Shown: positions 55,597-64,000, counted from the first letter of the stretch. The stretch is DNA of 64,000 nt from Pyrinomonadaceae bacterium (GCA_963759665.1 CAVXAC010000002.1:482995-546994), one strand, 5' to 3'. Numbers and translations: made by a program. Notes: a model not told the origin generated them from the sequence alone.

Positions 55597-57566
55597 TGAA
55601 ACCCTCTGGAAATTTGAAATTAGCCATTGCGCTGGTGGTGCTGCTGGCGATGTTGAATCTGGCAGTCGGGGCCGTGGTGCTTCAGGGCCTGGGTGGTGGT
55701 GCGGGCTCATTCCAGGGCCAGGACATCATGGGTGGCGCATCCATTATTGTTAAGAAGCCGCAACGGTCGCGTGACCTCGGGGGCGCCGTTTCGATGTTGC
55801 AGGTTAAACGTCAGCCAAAGGCTACCGTGCGACCTGAAGTTGCCAGAAACAATCCTCCACCCAGACCCGAAGTCGCCAGAAATAACCCACCGCCTGATAG
55901 ACGAAGGTCAAGGCGTATCCCTGTTGAGCCCGATACAGACACAACTCCAACAGTCACTGATGCTGACCAGGCCGAAGCTTTTAAAGACCAGGGAAATAGA
56001 TATTACGACCTTTCAAATTTTCCGAAAGCGGTTGAGGCTTATCAAAACGCGTTAAAGCACGCGCCAAAAGATCCAGTCATCTACAACAACCTGGGTGCTG
56101 CTCATTTCGCTCGAGGCGAGAATAATGAAGCCGTAGAAGCCTTCAAGAAGGCACTGAGTTTGAAGGCGAATGATCCGGACGCCCACTTCAATTTGGGTAT
56201 CGCGTACAGCACTCTGGAAAAACATGCTGAAGCAATCAGCGCTTTCAAAGAAGCGGTCAAATACAAACCCGATTGGGCTGAAGCCTACAACGCACTGGGC
56301 GACAGTTATCTAAGTTTGAGTCGTTTCGAAGAAGCAGCCAAAGCATACGAAGAAACGATCAAACTAAAGCCGGATAATGCGACAGCGACCAGTAATCTGG
56401 GTTACGCATACGACAAACTCGGGAAGCAGGCCGAGTCAATTGCAGCGCTACAACAAACGGTCAAACTTAAGCCAGATGATGCAGTTGCCTATAACAACCT
56501 TGGCGCCAGCTTCTATAAGAGTGGTCGGTACCAGGAGGCCGTCGAAGCCTTCAGCAATGCGATCCGTCTAAAACCAAACGATCCCGAAGCGCTGAATAAC
56601 CTAGGCGCTGCCTATTACATCACCGAACAGTATCCAAAGGCGTTGGAAGCTTTTCTTAATGCCACCAGGGTGAAACCCGATTTTGCTGATGCTCAGTACA
56701 ATCTTGGGAATGCGTATTACAAATCTAATAAGTATCCCGAGGCGACTAAAGCTTATCGGGAAGCTATCAAACTAAAGCCGGACTATGCAGAAGCTCGGAC
56801 CAACCTTGGCAGTTTGCTGATTTCGCTCGGTGACTATACCCAGGCGGTAACTGAATTAGGCGAAGCCATCAAGCTGAAGCCTGACAACCCCGTTTCGCAC
56901 AACAACCTCGGCTACGCGTATGTGAAAATTGGAGAGGCGGCCAGCGAAAAGACTGCAGCTGTTGGCTACTATCAACGGGCGGTGGCTTCCTACAAGGAAG
57001 CGCTTCGGCTAAGACCGGATTATGCGAAGGCGCTCAACAACCTTGGGGTGGTCCTTAACAAACTTGCAGACTATCCCGGTGCAGTTGAAGTGTTGAAGAA
57101 GGCCATTCAGATCAAACCTGATTTTCCAGAAGCCTACTACAACCTGGGAACAGGCTATTACAACCTGGGCCAATTCAGCGACGCAGTGACCGCCTTACAG
57201 CAAGCCGTCAAACTCAAGCCTGACTTTTCCGACGCTCAGAATAGTCTGGGGTCGGCGCTTTACCAGGCACAACAATTTGACGCAGCGATCGAGGCTTACA
57301 AGAAGACGCTGGTGCTGTCGCCGGATAGTGCAGAGACCCACAATAATCTCGGCAAAGTCTACGTTCGCACCAAGCGATATAAAGAGGCTGTGGGTTCATT
57401 CAAAGCGGCCATTGCCATCAAGCCAGGGTTTGGCGAGGCTCACTTCAATCTAGCGATTACTCACGTCGCCTTGGGTGACAAGAAGGCGGCCCTCGCGGAG
57501 TACGAGCTGCTGCGCACCCTGGATCCGCGGCTGGCCCAGGAGTTTTTACGGATAACTACTCGATAA
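55596..57566 (+). CDS. membrane-anchored TPR-repeat protein
   Basis: 656 aa with an N-terminal TM segment and a Pro/Arg-rich linker carrying the direct repeat PEVARNNPPP x2, followed by about 15 consecutive 34-aa TPR units (A..Y..AI.LKPD..A..NLG). The ATG overlaps the upstream TGA. Confidence 0.9.
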   Translation: MKPSGNLKLAIALVVLLAMLNLAVGAVVLQGLGGGAGSFQGQDIMGGASIIVKKPQRSRDLGGAVSMLQVKRQPKATVRPEVARNNPPPRPEVARNNPPPDRRRSRRIPVEPDTDTTPTVTDADQAEAFKDQGNRYYDLSNFPKAVEAYQNALKHAPKDPVIYNNLGAAHFARGENNEAVEAFKKALSLKANDPDAHFNLGIAYSTLEKHAEAISAFKEAVKYKPDWAEAYNALGDSYLSLSRFEEAAKAYEETIKLKPDNATATSNLGYAYDKLGKQAESIAALQQTVKLKPDDAVAYNNLGASFYKSGRYQEAVEAFSNAIRLKPNDPEALNNLGAAYYITEQYPKALEAFLNATRVKPDFADAQYNLGNAYYKSNKYPEATKAYREAIKLKPDYAEARTNLGSLLISLGDYTQAVTELGEAIKLKPDNPVSHNNLGYAYVKIGEAASEKTAAVGYYQRAVASYKEALRLRPDYAKALNNLGVVLNKLADYPGAVEVLKKAIQIKPDFPEAYYNLGTGYYNLGQFSDAVTALQQAVKLKPDFSDAQNSLGSALYQAQQFDAAIEAYKKTLVLSPDSAETHNNLGKVYVRTKRYKEAVGSFKAAIAIKPGFGEAHFNLAITHVALGDKKAALAEYELLRTLDPRLAQEFLRITTR

Positions 57567-57621
57567 TCGCTATTTTCAGGCGGTTTCTTGCAAAAAGGTT
57601 CTGAATGGCCGTATAAATTCA

Positions 57622-57650
57622 TTGACTTAGAGTCCCTTGAGGCGTACATT
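57622..57650 (+). promoter_or_regulatory. candidate sigma70-like promoter upstream of the first FecR-like gene
   Basis: TTGACT (57622-57627), 17-nt spacer, TACATT (57645-57650). A GGAGGA Shine-Dalgarno lies 6 nt before the ATG at 57703. Confidence 0.3.
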
Positions 57651-57702
57651 TCTCGTCTCCAAATTAACCAAAGACCTCAAGCAGTACTTCGGAGGACCTG
57701 AT

Positions 57703-58353
57703 ATGAACACTCGACGTTCAAAAGGGATCAAGGCCATTGCAGTTCTATTGACATTCGCTGTGGTCCAGATTTCCCTCCAACTCGGCCTTGCTGCCCCGGT
57801 TGCGTCCGCTACGTCAACACTCTCACCTCAGGGTGTCATTGGGCGGATCACAATTAACGGAAGTTCCCCTGCCACCATTAACGGTAACAATGCCGTCAGC
57901 GGAGACAGCGTCCCGGCGGGAGCGTTGGTCCAAACACCGGCGGGTACCGAAGCTACGATTGACCTGGGACCGCTCGGTTCAGTCAAGCTGGAAGGCAACA
58001 CCAGAGCCCGCATTGATTATGTGTGTCCGCCTGATGCCCTGGCGAACCCGAATCCAGAAGCTTGCAAAGTAACTGTTACCGTCCTGGCCGGGTGTGTTGT
58101 CACAAACTACAATCAGGGTACCCGCCATGAAGTTTTCAATGATAAGCAGAAGCGGATTGCACAGAGTGATTCCGACAGAGAGAAATCCGGCGGCGGCACT
58201 CTCCGGACTTGCTATGACATTCCTCCTGCCGGAGTAGCAACTGCCGGAGGCATTGGGAAGACTGGCCTGATCGCGCTGATCGCTGCGGCCGCCATCATTC
58301 CTCCTGTGATTATTCTGGCTGGTGGGGACGACCCCAGTCCGGCGACTCCATAA
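57703..58353 (+). CDS. secreted FecR-like domain protein with conserved C-terminal hydrophobic segment and GGDDPSPATP tail (paralogue 1)
   Basis: Signal peptide MNTRRSKGIKAIAVLLTFAVVQ..LAAP. FecR-like stretch GRITINGSSPATINGNNAVSGDSVPAGALVQTPAGTEATIDLGPLGSVKLEGNTRARI. C-terminus GGIGKTGLIALIAAAAIIPPVIILAGGDDPSPATP. Confidence 0.8.
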   Translation: MNTRRSKGIKAIAVLLTFAVVQISLQLGLAAPVASATSTLSPQGVIGRITINGSSPATINGNNAVSGDSVPAGALVQTPAGTEATIDLGPLGSVKLEGNTRARIDYVCPPDALANPNPEACKVTVTVLAGCVVTNYNQGTRHEVFNDKQKRIAQSDSDREKSGGGTLRTCYDIPPAGVATAGGIGKTGLIALIAAAAIIPPVIILAGGDDPSPATP

Positions 58354-58375
58354 GTTGCAACATTCGTTGCTCTTT

Positions 58376-58410
58376 AGCGTGCCCACTAATTTAGGTGGGC
58401 ACGCTTTTTC
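58376..58410 (+). terminator. rho-independent terminator
   Basis: AGCGTGCCCAC-taatttag-GTGGGCACGCT followed by TTTTT, 22 nt after the stop codon. Confidence 0.75.
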
Positions 58411-58593
58411 ATTTGCTGTTAATCTATTCCCAGCGTCACGCTGTCTCAACTTCACGGGTTGCAATGACGTGAGGTCAGTACGAAACTCGCAGACTCTTGA
58501 TGTAGCCGCCATGATCGGTTAGCATCCTTTTACCCCGACGGGATTGTGGTAAGAATCCGTCCCAGTTCGCCCAGATCAGACGAAAAGGTTCTT

Positions 58594-59280
58594 ATGACAA
58601 AAAGCATTCGCCGAAGGGCATTCGGAGCTACGCTTCTCGCAGCGGTTACCATCGCCCAAATAACACTTCTACCCGGATACGCGCAGACGCTCTTCCCAGC
58701 GTTGACAACTATCTTGCCGCAACAGCAGATGTTGGCGCGTGTCACGACAACGGGGAATCGCCCCATCTCAATCAACGGTATTAGCGCCGCAAGCGGCGAT
58801 AGCGTCGCAACTAATGCGACCATTGAAACGCCGCCGGGCGTGGCTGCCACGATCGACCTGGGTGCACTAGGTAAGTTCGATTTGCCTCCAGGTTCAAAGA
58901 TACTGCTCGAGTTTGACGAGAACTGTAAGGATCCGGAGAAGACCCCGGCCACTGACGATCCGAATGACCGGCGATGCAAGGCGAGAGCTACGGTCATTGC
59001 TGGTTGCGTGTCGGGCACCGCAGGCAAAAAAGGTTCAAGAGTGGAAATCGCCACGCAGCAGGAAGGCCTAATCGCTGACAGCGAGAGTGAAAAGAAAAAG
59101 AAGAAGAATGGCGGAGGCTTCATTACAGGTTGCGCCGGCGGTGTAGTACCGCCTCCCGCAGTCGCTGGCGGTGGGATTGGCACACCGGGCATCATCGGAA
59201 TAATTGGAGCAGCGGTAGCTGTTCCAACCATTATTATTCTCGCGACCGGCGGCGACGACCCGAGTCCCGCTACTCCCTAG
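58594..59280 (+). CDS. secreted FecR-like domain protein with conserved C-terminal hydrophobic segment and GGDDPSPATP tail (paralogue 2)
   Basis: Signal peptide MTKSIRRRAFGATLLAAVTIAQ. FecR-like ARVTTTGNRPISINGISAASGDSVATNATIETPPGVAATIDLGALGKFDLPPGSKILLEF. C-terminus GGGIGTPGIIGIIGAAVAVPTIIILATGGDDPSPATP. Confidence 0.8.
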   Translation: MTKSIRRRAFGATLLAAVTIAQITLLPGYAQTLFPALTTILPQQQMLARVTTTGNRPISINGISAASGDSVATNATIETPPGVAATIDLGALGKFDLPPGSKILLEFDENCKDPEKTPATDDPNDRRCKARATVIAGCVSGTAGKKGSRVEIATQQEGLIADSESEKKKKKNGGGFITGCAGGVVPPPAVAGGGIGTPGIIGIIGAAVAVPTIIILATGGDDPSPATP

Positions 59281-59302
59281 TCTCTTCAGACGCAAAGTCA
59301 CC

Positions 59303-59329
59303 TATGCCCGCCGCAGTTTGGCGGGCATA
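59303..59329 (+). terminator. stem-loop after paralogue 2 (no T-tract)
   Basis: TATGCCCGCC-gcagttt-GGCGGGCATA, 23 nt after the stop. Confidence 0.4.
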
Positions 59330-59375
59330 ACTATAGGTGCACACCCTTTGTAGCCACACCCGTCCTTAGTTTTAG

Positions 59376-60644
59376 ATGCCGAACAACTCCGGATTCTCTT
59401 CAAATCGCTACCTCCGTTTGCTGCTGGTTGTGGTTGCAGTCGCGATCTGTCTTTGGGCGATCCGCGCCGCGGCAACCTTTGGTATCGCCCGGCTTTTTGT
59501 CCGGTACGCACTAGTAACCCGAAGTCAGGATGCTGCGCGAACGGCTACGCAACTGACGCCGAATGATGCGCAGGCACAGATCACTGCAGCAACACTCGCC
59601 AACATTTCCGGTTCCCACGCCGAGACACTTGTGGCCGTGGAGAAAGCCATCGCGGCCAGGCCTGCCGATTACTCGCTCTGGGTCGCGTTAGGACTTATCC
59701 GCGATCAGATGGGCGATACGGCGGGAGCCCTCGCAGCGTTTGATCAGGCCGTCCAGTTAGCTCCCCATTATTCCCAGCCTCGGTGGCAACGAGGGAACGT
59801 GCTGTTGCGCGCAGGACAATACGATTCGGCATTCAAGGATCTGAATTCCGCAGTTCAAAGCAATCCGGTTCTAATCCCAAAATTGCTCGATCTGGCCTGG
59901 GGATTAAGCCGTGGAGACCCGGCGAAGACGGAATCAATGGTCCAGATTCAGTCGCCTAAGATACACCTCGCTTTTGCGCAATTGTTGGCGCGAGAAGGGA
60001 AGGCTCAGGAATCGTTGGCGCACTGGAGAGCTGCGGGGGCACCGGGAGAAGACTTTCAACGAGCTCTGCTTAAGCAACTTCTGGAAAAGCGTGCTTACAA
60101 GGAAGCCTATTCTGTTTGGCAGGCTGGAAAGACATCTGGGTCAACAGGCAACGCCCCACTCGAAGATGGAGGGTTCGAAGGCACTTTGATGCTAAGCGAA
60201 GAGGGTTTTGGTTGGAGAGTGCCAGGCAATTTAACGGCTGCGAACCTGACTCTTGATGCAACCGATCATCATAGTGGTGGCAAAAGCATACTGATCAGTT
60301 TTCAAGGCGCCTCAGACTCAGCATCGCCAGTCCTTTCCCAACTAACGATTGTTGAGCCAGCCAGTCGTTACAAATTGAACTTCGCCGCCCGTTCAGATGA
60401 GATTGTTTCTGGTGGTCCACCGATCGTGGTGGTGAGAGATGCTGCCGACGGCAAGTTGCTTGGACAATCGCCGGCACTCAATAAGGGGACGGCAACGTGG
60501 CAAGCCTTCAGTGTTGAGTTTAGCTCTTTACCTGAGACTGCCGCAGTTGTAGTGAGTGTCCAGCGCGAAAGTTGTACCACTGCGCCTTGTCCCATTTTTG
60601 GTTCACTTTGGTTAGACAGTTTTTCATTGGAACGCTTGAAGTGA
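59376..60644 (+). CDS. membrane-anchored TPR protein with C-terminal beta-sandwich (CBM-like) domain
   Basis: 422 aa with an N-terminal TM segment and TPR-like repeats. The C-terminal ~170 aa start with EDGGFEG..GWRV and end with WLDSFSLE, resembling CBM4/9-type jelly-rolls. Confidence 0.65.
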   Translation: MPNNSGFSSNRYLRLLLVVVAVAICLWAIRAAATFGIARLFVRYALVTRSQDAARTATQLTPNDAQAQITAATLANISGSHAETLVAVEKAIAARPADYSLWVALGLIRDQMGDTAGALAAFDQAVQLAPHYSQPRWQRGNVLLRAGQYDSAFKDLNSAVQSNPVLIPKLLDLAWGLSRGDPAKTESMVQIQSPKIHLAFAQLLAREGKAQESLAHWRAAGAPGEDFQRALLKQLLEKRAYKEAYSVWQAGKTSGSTGNAPLEDGGFEGTLMLSEEGFGWRVPGNLTAANLTLDATDHHSGGKSILISFQGASDSASPVLSQLTIVEPASRYKLNFAARSDEIVSGGPPIVVVRDAADGKLLGQSPALNKGTATWQAFSVEFSSLPETAAVVVSVQRESCTTAPCPIFGSLWLDSFSLERLK

Positions 60645-60694
60645 TCACCTTCCAGCGATGCCCTTAGACCGCTCCATAGAAAGTTGATTAGACC

Positions 60695-61585
60695 TTGTCG
60701 GAATCAACCTTGCCCCATTTAAAAACGCCTTCCGAAGCTATGGCGAAGGTCGATCGGCTCGGTTGGTCGGTGGGATTTTCTCTTACTGCTTACGGAGTTC
60801 GTGTGGGGCTGCGGTCAAACAACGCTGAGGTTTTGGATCGGGTCCAGGAAGCTCTCCCTGGCAAGTGGAAGGAATCAAAATTAAAAGAAGTCGATCGTTT
60901 GTATTCGTTTCATAGCACCGGTTTTAGCGGCAACGGAAGCTCGAAACGCTTTGGACAACTCTATGGCGACCACGTTCGGCTGGCGAGAACAAAGGACTTT
61001 GAACGGATGCTTGAAGCATTCGACTCCGACTTTCGGATCTTTGTGGCGGAGTTCGCCAGTCACCACGTGTTTGTTCACGCCGGAGCAGTAGGCTGGAAAG
61101 GTCAGGGCATCATTGTTCCTGGTCGTAGTTACAGCGGAAAATCAACTCTGATCGTGGAGTTAGTTCGCGCGGGCGCCACTTACTACTCTGACGAATACGC
61201 GGTGATTGATGCCCAGGGGCGTTTGCATCCTTTCATAAAGCCGATTGAACTTCGCGAAGAGGAGTCCTACCAACAATCAAAGCTAAATTTTGAGGACATC
61301 GGCGGACGCGCCGGGACTAAACCACTTCCGATTGGACTGGTATTGATGACTAAGTTTAAGGATGGAGCGAAATGGCGGCCGCGCAAGCTTAGTCCGGGAA
61401 AAGGCGTTCTGGAGATATTGGCCAATACCGTTTCAGCACGGCGGGATCCGCAGAGGGCGTTTGAATCGTTAGAGCGAGTTGTCGCCCGAGCCGATGTGTT
61501 GCAGGGGCCCCGAGGCCAGGCTACCGAAGTGGTTCCCGCCATTCTGAGGCGACTGGAAAAATCGATTAGCACTACCGCGCGATAA
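60695..61585 (+). CDS. HPr-kinase-related P-loop kinase (HprK C-terminal-domain-like)
   Basis: VFVHAGAVGWKGQGIIVPGRSYSGKSTLIVELVRAGATYYSDEYAVID matches the HprK/P catalytic core. TTG start, with an alternative ATG at 60740. Confidence 0.7.
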   Translation: MSESTLPHLKTPSEAMAKVDRLGWSVGFSLTAYGVRVGLRSNNAEVLDRVQEALPGKWKESKLKEVDRLYSFHSTGFSGNGSSKRFGQLYGDHVRLARTKDFERMLEAFDSDFRIFVAEFASHHVFVHAGAVGWKGQGIIVPGRSYSGKSTLIVELVRAGATYYSDEYAVIDAQGRLHPFIKPIELREEESYQQSKLNFEDIGGRAGTKPLPIGLVLMTKFKDGAKWRPRKLSPGKGVLEILANTVSARRDPQRAFESLERVVARADVLQGPRGQATEVVPAILRRLEKSISTTAR

Positions 61586-61609
61586 GCTTCTCACTTCGCG
61601 CTAACCTCC

Positions 61610-62689
61610 TTGAAACGCAAAGACAACACACGCACGGGCCGTCTGCTGGCCGCGACACTTGAAGGATCCTGGCGGAGCTCTGATTTTCCGCCGCTCACAA
61701 TTTCGGAAACCGAGCTGGATGAGCTGACCCCGCTACTTTGTGCTTCAGGAGCGGCGGCACTTGCCTGGCGACGAATTAGCCAGACTGAGCTAAAGGATTC
61801 CGCCTCAGCAGAAGTCTTGCATCACGCAGCCAGACTGCAATCGCTGCAAACTGCGATGCACGAAGAGAAAGTTGAAAAGACTTTCCGACTTCTCGAGAAC
61901 CATTCGGCAGATGCACTTCTGGCTAAAGGCTGGGCCGCTGCGAATCTCTATTCAGATCGCGACCTTCGCCCATCAGGTGATATCGATATTCTTGTCACAC
62001 GAGCGGATTTTAAACGGGTCCAGGAGATCCTCAGGCGTCCTGAGGCAAACGATTGCTGGGTGGATCTTCACAAGGACTTCGACGAATTTCCTGAGCGTAC
62101 GGTGGAGGAGTTGTTCGCGCGTTCGAGGCTGGTTCGGCTCGGCGAAACCACGATTCGCATGCTTGGTACTGAAGATCTGCTCGCCTTACTTTGTATTCAT
62201 TTTCTAAAGCACGGGGCATGGCGACCCTTGTGGCTGTGTGACGTCGCGGCGGCAATCGAGTCGTTACCGTCAGACTTTGATTGGGAAGTTTGCCTGGGCC
62301 GTAGTGAAACCCGATCACAATGGATTCAGTGCGTCATCAAGTTGGCACGCCAGCTATTGGGTGCTGAGCCTGCCCATCTCCCGTTTTCAGCTAATCCAGA
62401 TGGTTTGCCTGGCTGGTTAGTTGAGAATGTGCTCCGGCAGTGGGCCACGCCGTTCGCTGCTGACCAGGCTCCGATGAATCATCCGCTTCCCATGGCCGAG
62501 TTGGTGCGCCGGCCGTCGGAATGGGCAAGAGGTCTTGGTGGTCGTTGGCCCAACCCGATTCTTGCGACAGTCAGCGTCGGAGGAAGTTTCAATGAATTTC
62601 CCCGGTTTCCATATCAGTTGGCGAATTGCGTATCGCGTGCTGGTCAATTTGTGATTCATGGGATTAAGGGTTCAAGCGACGCTGACTAG
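61610..62689 (+). CDS. uncharacterised nucleotidyltransferase family protein (PF14907-like)
   Basis: 359 aa. The RPSGDIDILVTRADF motif and overall length are typical of the NTP_transf_5 family, which commonly sits next to HprK-related kinases. Confidence 0.65.
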   Translation: MKRKDNTRTGRLLAATLEGSWRSSDFPPLTISETELDELTPLLCASGAAALAWRRISQTELKDSASAEVLHHAARLQSLQTAMHEEKVEKTFRLLENHSADALLAKGWAAANLYSDRDLRPSGDIDILVTRADFKRVQEILRRPEANDCWVDLHKDFDEFPERTVEELFARSRLVRLGETTIRMLGTEDLLALLCIHFLKHGAWRPLWLCDVAAAIESLPSDFDWEVCLGRSETRSQWIQCVIKLARQLLGAEPAHLPFSANPDGLPGWLVENVLRQWATPFAADQAPMNHPLPMAELVRRPSEWARGLGGRWPNPILATVSVGGSFNEFPRFPYQLANCVSRAGQFVIHGIKGSSDAD

Positions 62690-62713
62690 TCGTCGTTGAT
62701 AGAATTGCAGCGC

Positions 62714-63463
62714 ATGAAAGATAAGAATGATTCGATCTCGCCAATTATCCTGAGTTTGGAAACTGCGACGCTTGGTGGCAGTGTTTTTCTGGGGACTGAC
62801 AAAAAACTATTAGCCGCTCGCAAGGGTGATCCAAAAGTCTCACACTCAAACAGTCTATTGTCCGACGTCAGCAGCTGCCTCGACGAAGCTGGGCTAACGC
62901 TTCAGGATATCGATCTTTTTGCTTGCGCTTCCGGCCCGGGCAGCTTCACCGGACTGCGGATCGGCATCGCGACTTTGAAAGCTCTGGCGGTTACACTCGA
63001 CCAGTCGTGTGTAGGCGTGCCTACACTTCACGCAGTCGCTCATGCCGCCGGCACTTCCGCCGCAACTGTAGCTTTGTTGCCGGCCGGGAGGGGAGAGGTC
63101 TTCGCGCAGATGTTTTCAGTTTCAGCAAGCGGCGACGTCAACGAACTCGATGGCGCGGCTCACCTATCGCCGCAAAAGTTAATGACGAAGTATGCGGCCA
63201 ATCCGAATCTGTGTTGGGCCGGCGAAGGTGCACATCTTCATAGAGAACTTCTTGAGACCTTCGCGCAACGACAGGAATTTGCATTCTCCGAGTTTGGAAC
63301 GGATGGCGGTTGGAGCCTGGCTCCGAGGCCAGACATTCTTGCGCGCAATGTTGCCGCACTCGCGCTTCAAAGGTACCAACATAACGAACTGCAATCGCCT
63401 GAAACACTTCAAGCAATCTACGTTCGGCCATCCGATGCCGAGCTCAACGAACGATGCCAGTAA
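62714..63463 (+). CDS. tsaB: tRNA N6-threonylcarbamoyladenosine biosynthesis protein TsaB
   Basis: ILSLETATLGGSV, HSNSLL, ASGPGSFTGLRIGIATLKALA. Followed by rimI with an overlapping stop/start. Confidence 0.9.
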   Translation: MKDKNDSISPIILSLETATLGGSVFLGTDKKLLAARKGDPKVSHSNSLLSDVSSCLDEAGLTLQDIDLFACASGPGSFTGLRIGIATLKALAVTLDQSCVGVPTLHAVAHAAGTSAATVALLPAGRGEVFAQMFSVSASGDVNELDGAAHLSPQKLMTKYAANPNLCWAGEGAHLHRELLETFAQRQEFAFSEFGTDGGWSLAPRPDILARNVAALALQRYQHNELQSPETLQAIYVRPSDAELNERCQ

Positions 63464-63957
63464 CCATCCACGCCTTAGCACAGTCCGGTAAGGGGTATTC
63501 GATCACCAGCATGACCGAACACGATCTGCTGGAGGTGGTGCAGATTGAAGAGACATCAGGTTTGAGCCGTTGGGGGTGGGCAGCCTATTACGCCGAGCTC
63601 CAGGGCCAGTTCGGTGCGTTGATGCTCGTCGCGCGGCTTGATGGTAACGAGTTGGCAAATCCCACTCACCAGTTGGCCGGTTATATCGTGGCTCGAGTCA
63701 CGGCAGGGGAACTACACATAAACAACTTCGCGGTACGAGAGCGTTATCGCGGGCAGGGGATCGGCCGAGCGTTATTGACCAGCCTTTTTGCTGAAGCTAA
63801 TGGCCGCGGTGCGACGAGTGCTTTCCTGGAGTTACGGGCCGGAAACACCGCTGCGCTCACACTTTATGAGAAATGTGGGTTTCGGGTGACGGCCAGGCGC
63901 AAGCGATATTATTCAGACCCACCTGAGGATGCCCTGGTCATGAGCCGTCAGTTTTAG
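63454..63957 (+). CDS. rimI: ribosomal-protein-alanine N-acetyltransferase (GNAT)
   Basis: 167 aa with GNAT motif A RERYRGQGIGRALL, then FLELRAGNTAALTLYEKCGF. Canonical tsaB-rimI pairing. Confidence 0.85.
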   Translation: MPVTIHALAQSGKGYSITSMTEHDLLEVVQIEETSGLSRWGWAAYYAELQGQFGALMLVARLDGNELANPTHQLAGYIVARVTAGELHINNFAVRERYRGQGIGRALLTSLFAEANGRGATSAFLELRAGNTAALTLYEKCGFRVTARRKRYYSDPPEDALVMSRQF

Positions 63958-64000
63958 TGAAAGCTTGATCCCCGGTCATAATTGGGCTACCATTTTTTCG

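Noticed and set aside
57703-59280. PEP-CTERM/exosortase, LPXTG/sortase or GlyGly-CTERM/rhombosortase substrates
   Set aside because: There is no PEP, LPXTG or GG-Ser-rich signature before the hydrophobic helix. The tail is acidic and Pro-rich rather than basic. No exosortase, sortase or rhomboid gene is in the window; the nearby polytopic protein is Wzy_C type.
1-64000. tRNA, rRNA, transposase, integrase, toxin-antitoxin or known defence-system genes
   Set aside because: A visual scan of intergenic regions and all ORFs longer than 60 aa found none. Every sizeable ORF is accounted for by polysaccharide, housekeeping or repeat-derived sequence. A tRNAscan/Infernal run would be needed for certainty.

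Overview
The window is almost entirely one very large surface-polysaccharide (EPS/O-antigen type) biosynthesis and export locus, about 5.1-62.7 kb, with nearly all genes on the + strand. It is bracketed by housekeeping genes: a 5'-partial multiheme cytochrome/LVIVD protein and mutS on the left, tsaB-rimI on the right. The taxon is not determinable from the sequence alone; the gene content and repeat flavour feel Acidobacteriota-like, which is inference only.

Left module: gmhA, a LuxR-type regulator, a wza-like OPX, a wzc-like BY-kinase, gmd, fcl, and the wzm/wzt ABC exporter.

Central module (15.5-40.1 kb): SDR epimerase/dehydratase, two DegT aminotransferases, LbH acetyltransferases, a WbpB-WbpD-like fusion, many GT2/GT4 glycosyltransferases, FkbM and class-I methyltransferases, an AsnB-like amidotransferase and a Wzy-like polymerase. 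About 16 of these reading frames are broken by single-base frameshifts or a stop codon, while interleaved genes are intact.

Right module (40.9-62.7 kb, intact): GT4/GT2, a second AsnB-like enzyme, a NodU/CmcH carbamoyltransferase, a GT87-like membrane protein, a second gmd, UDP-glucuronate decarboxylase, a WcaI-like GT, a WecA-like initiating transferase, a Wzy_C/O-antigen-ligase-like protein and TPR proteins. It also holds two paralogous secreted FecR-like proteins ending in a conserved hydrophobic segment plus a GGDDPSPATP tail, an HprK-related kinase and a PF14907-like nucleotidyltransferase.

The most unusual signal is a family of intergenic hairpin elements whose arms are built from short tandem, mostly heptanucleotide, repeats. 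Three of them carry four-helix-bundle genes (23S rRNA intervening-sequence protein family) in intact, internally deleted or frameshifted states; the others are empty. The same heptamer arrays sit in frame inside the asnB-like, wzt and carbamoyltransferase coding sequences, and they form the C-terminal tails of fcl and a GT2.

No rRNA, tRNA, CRISPR array, transposase or integrase was recognised.
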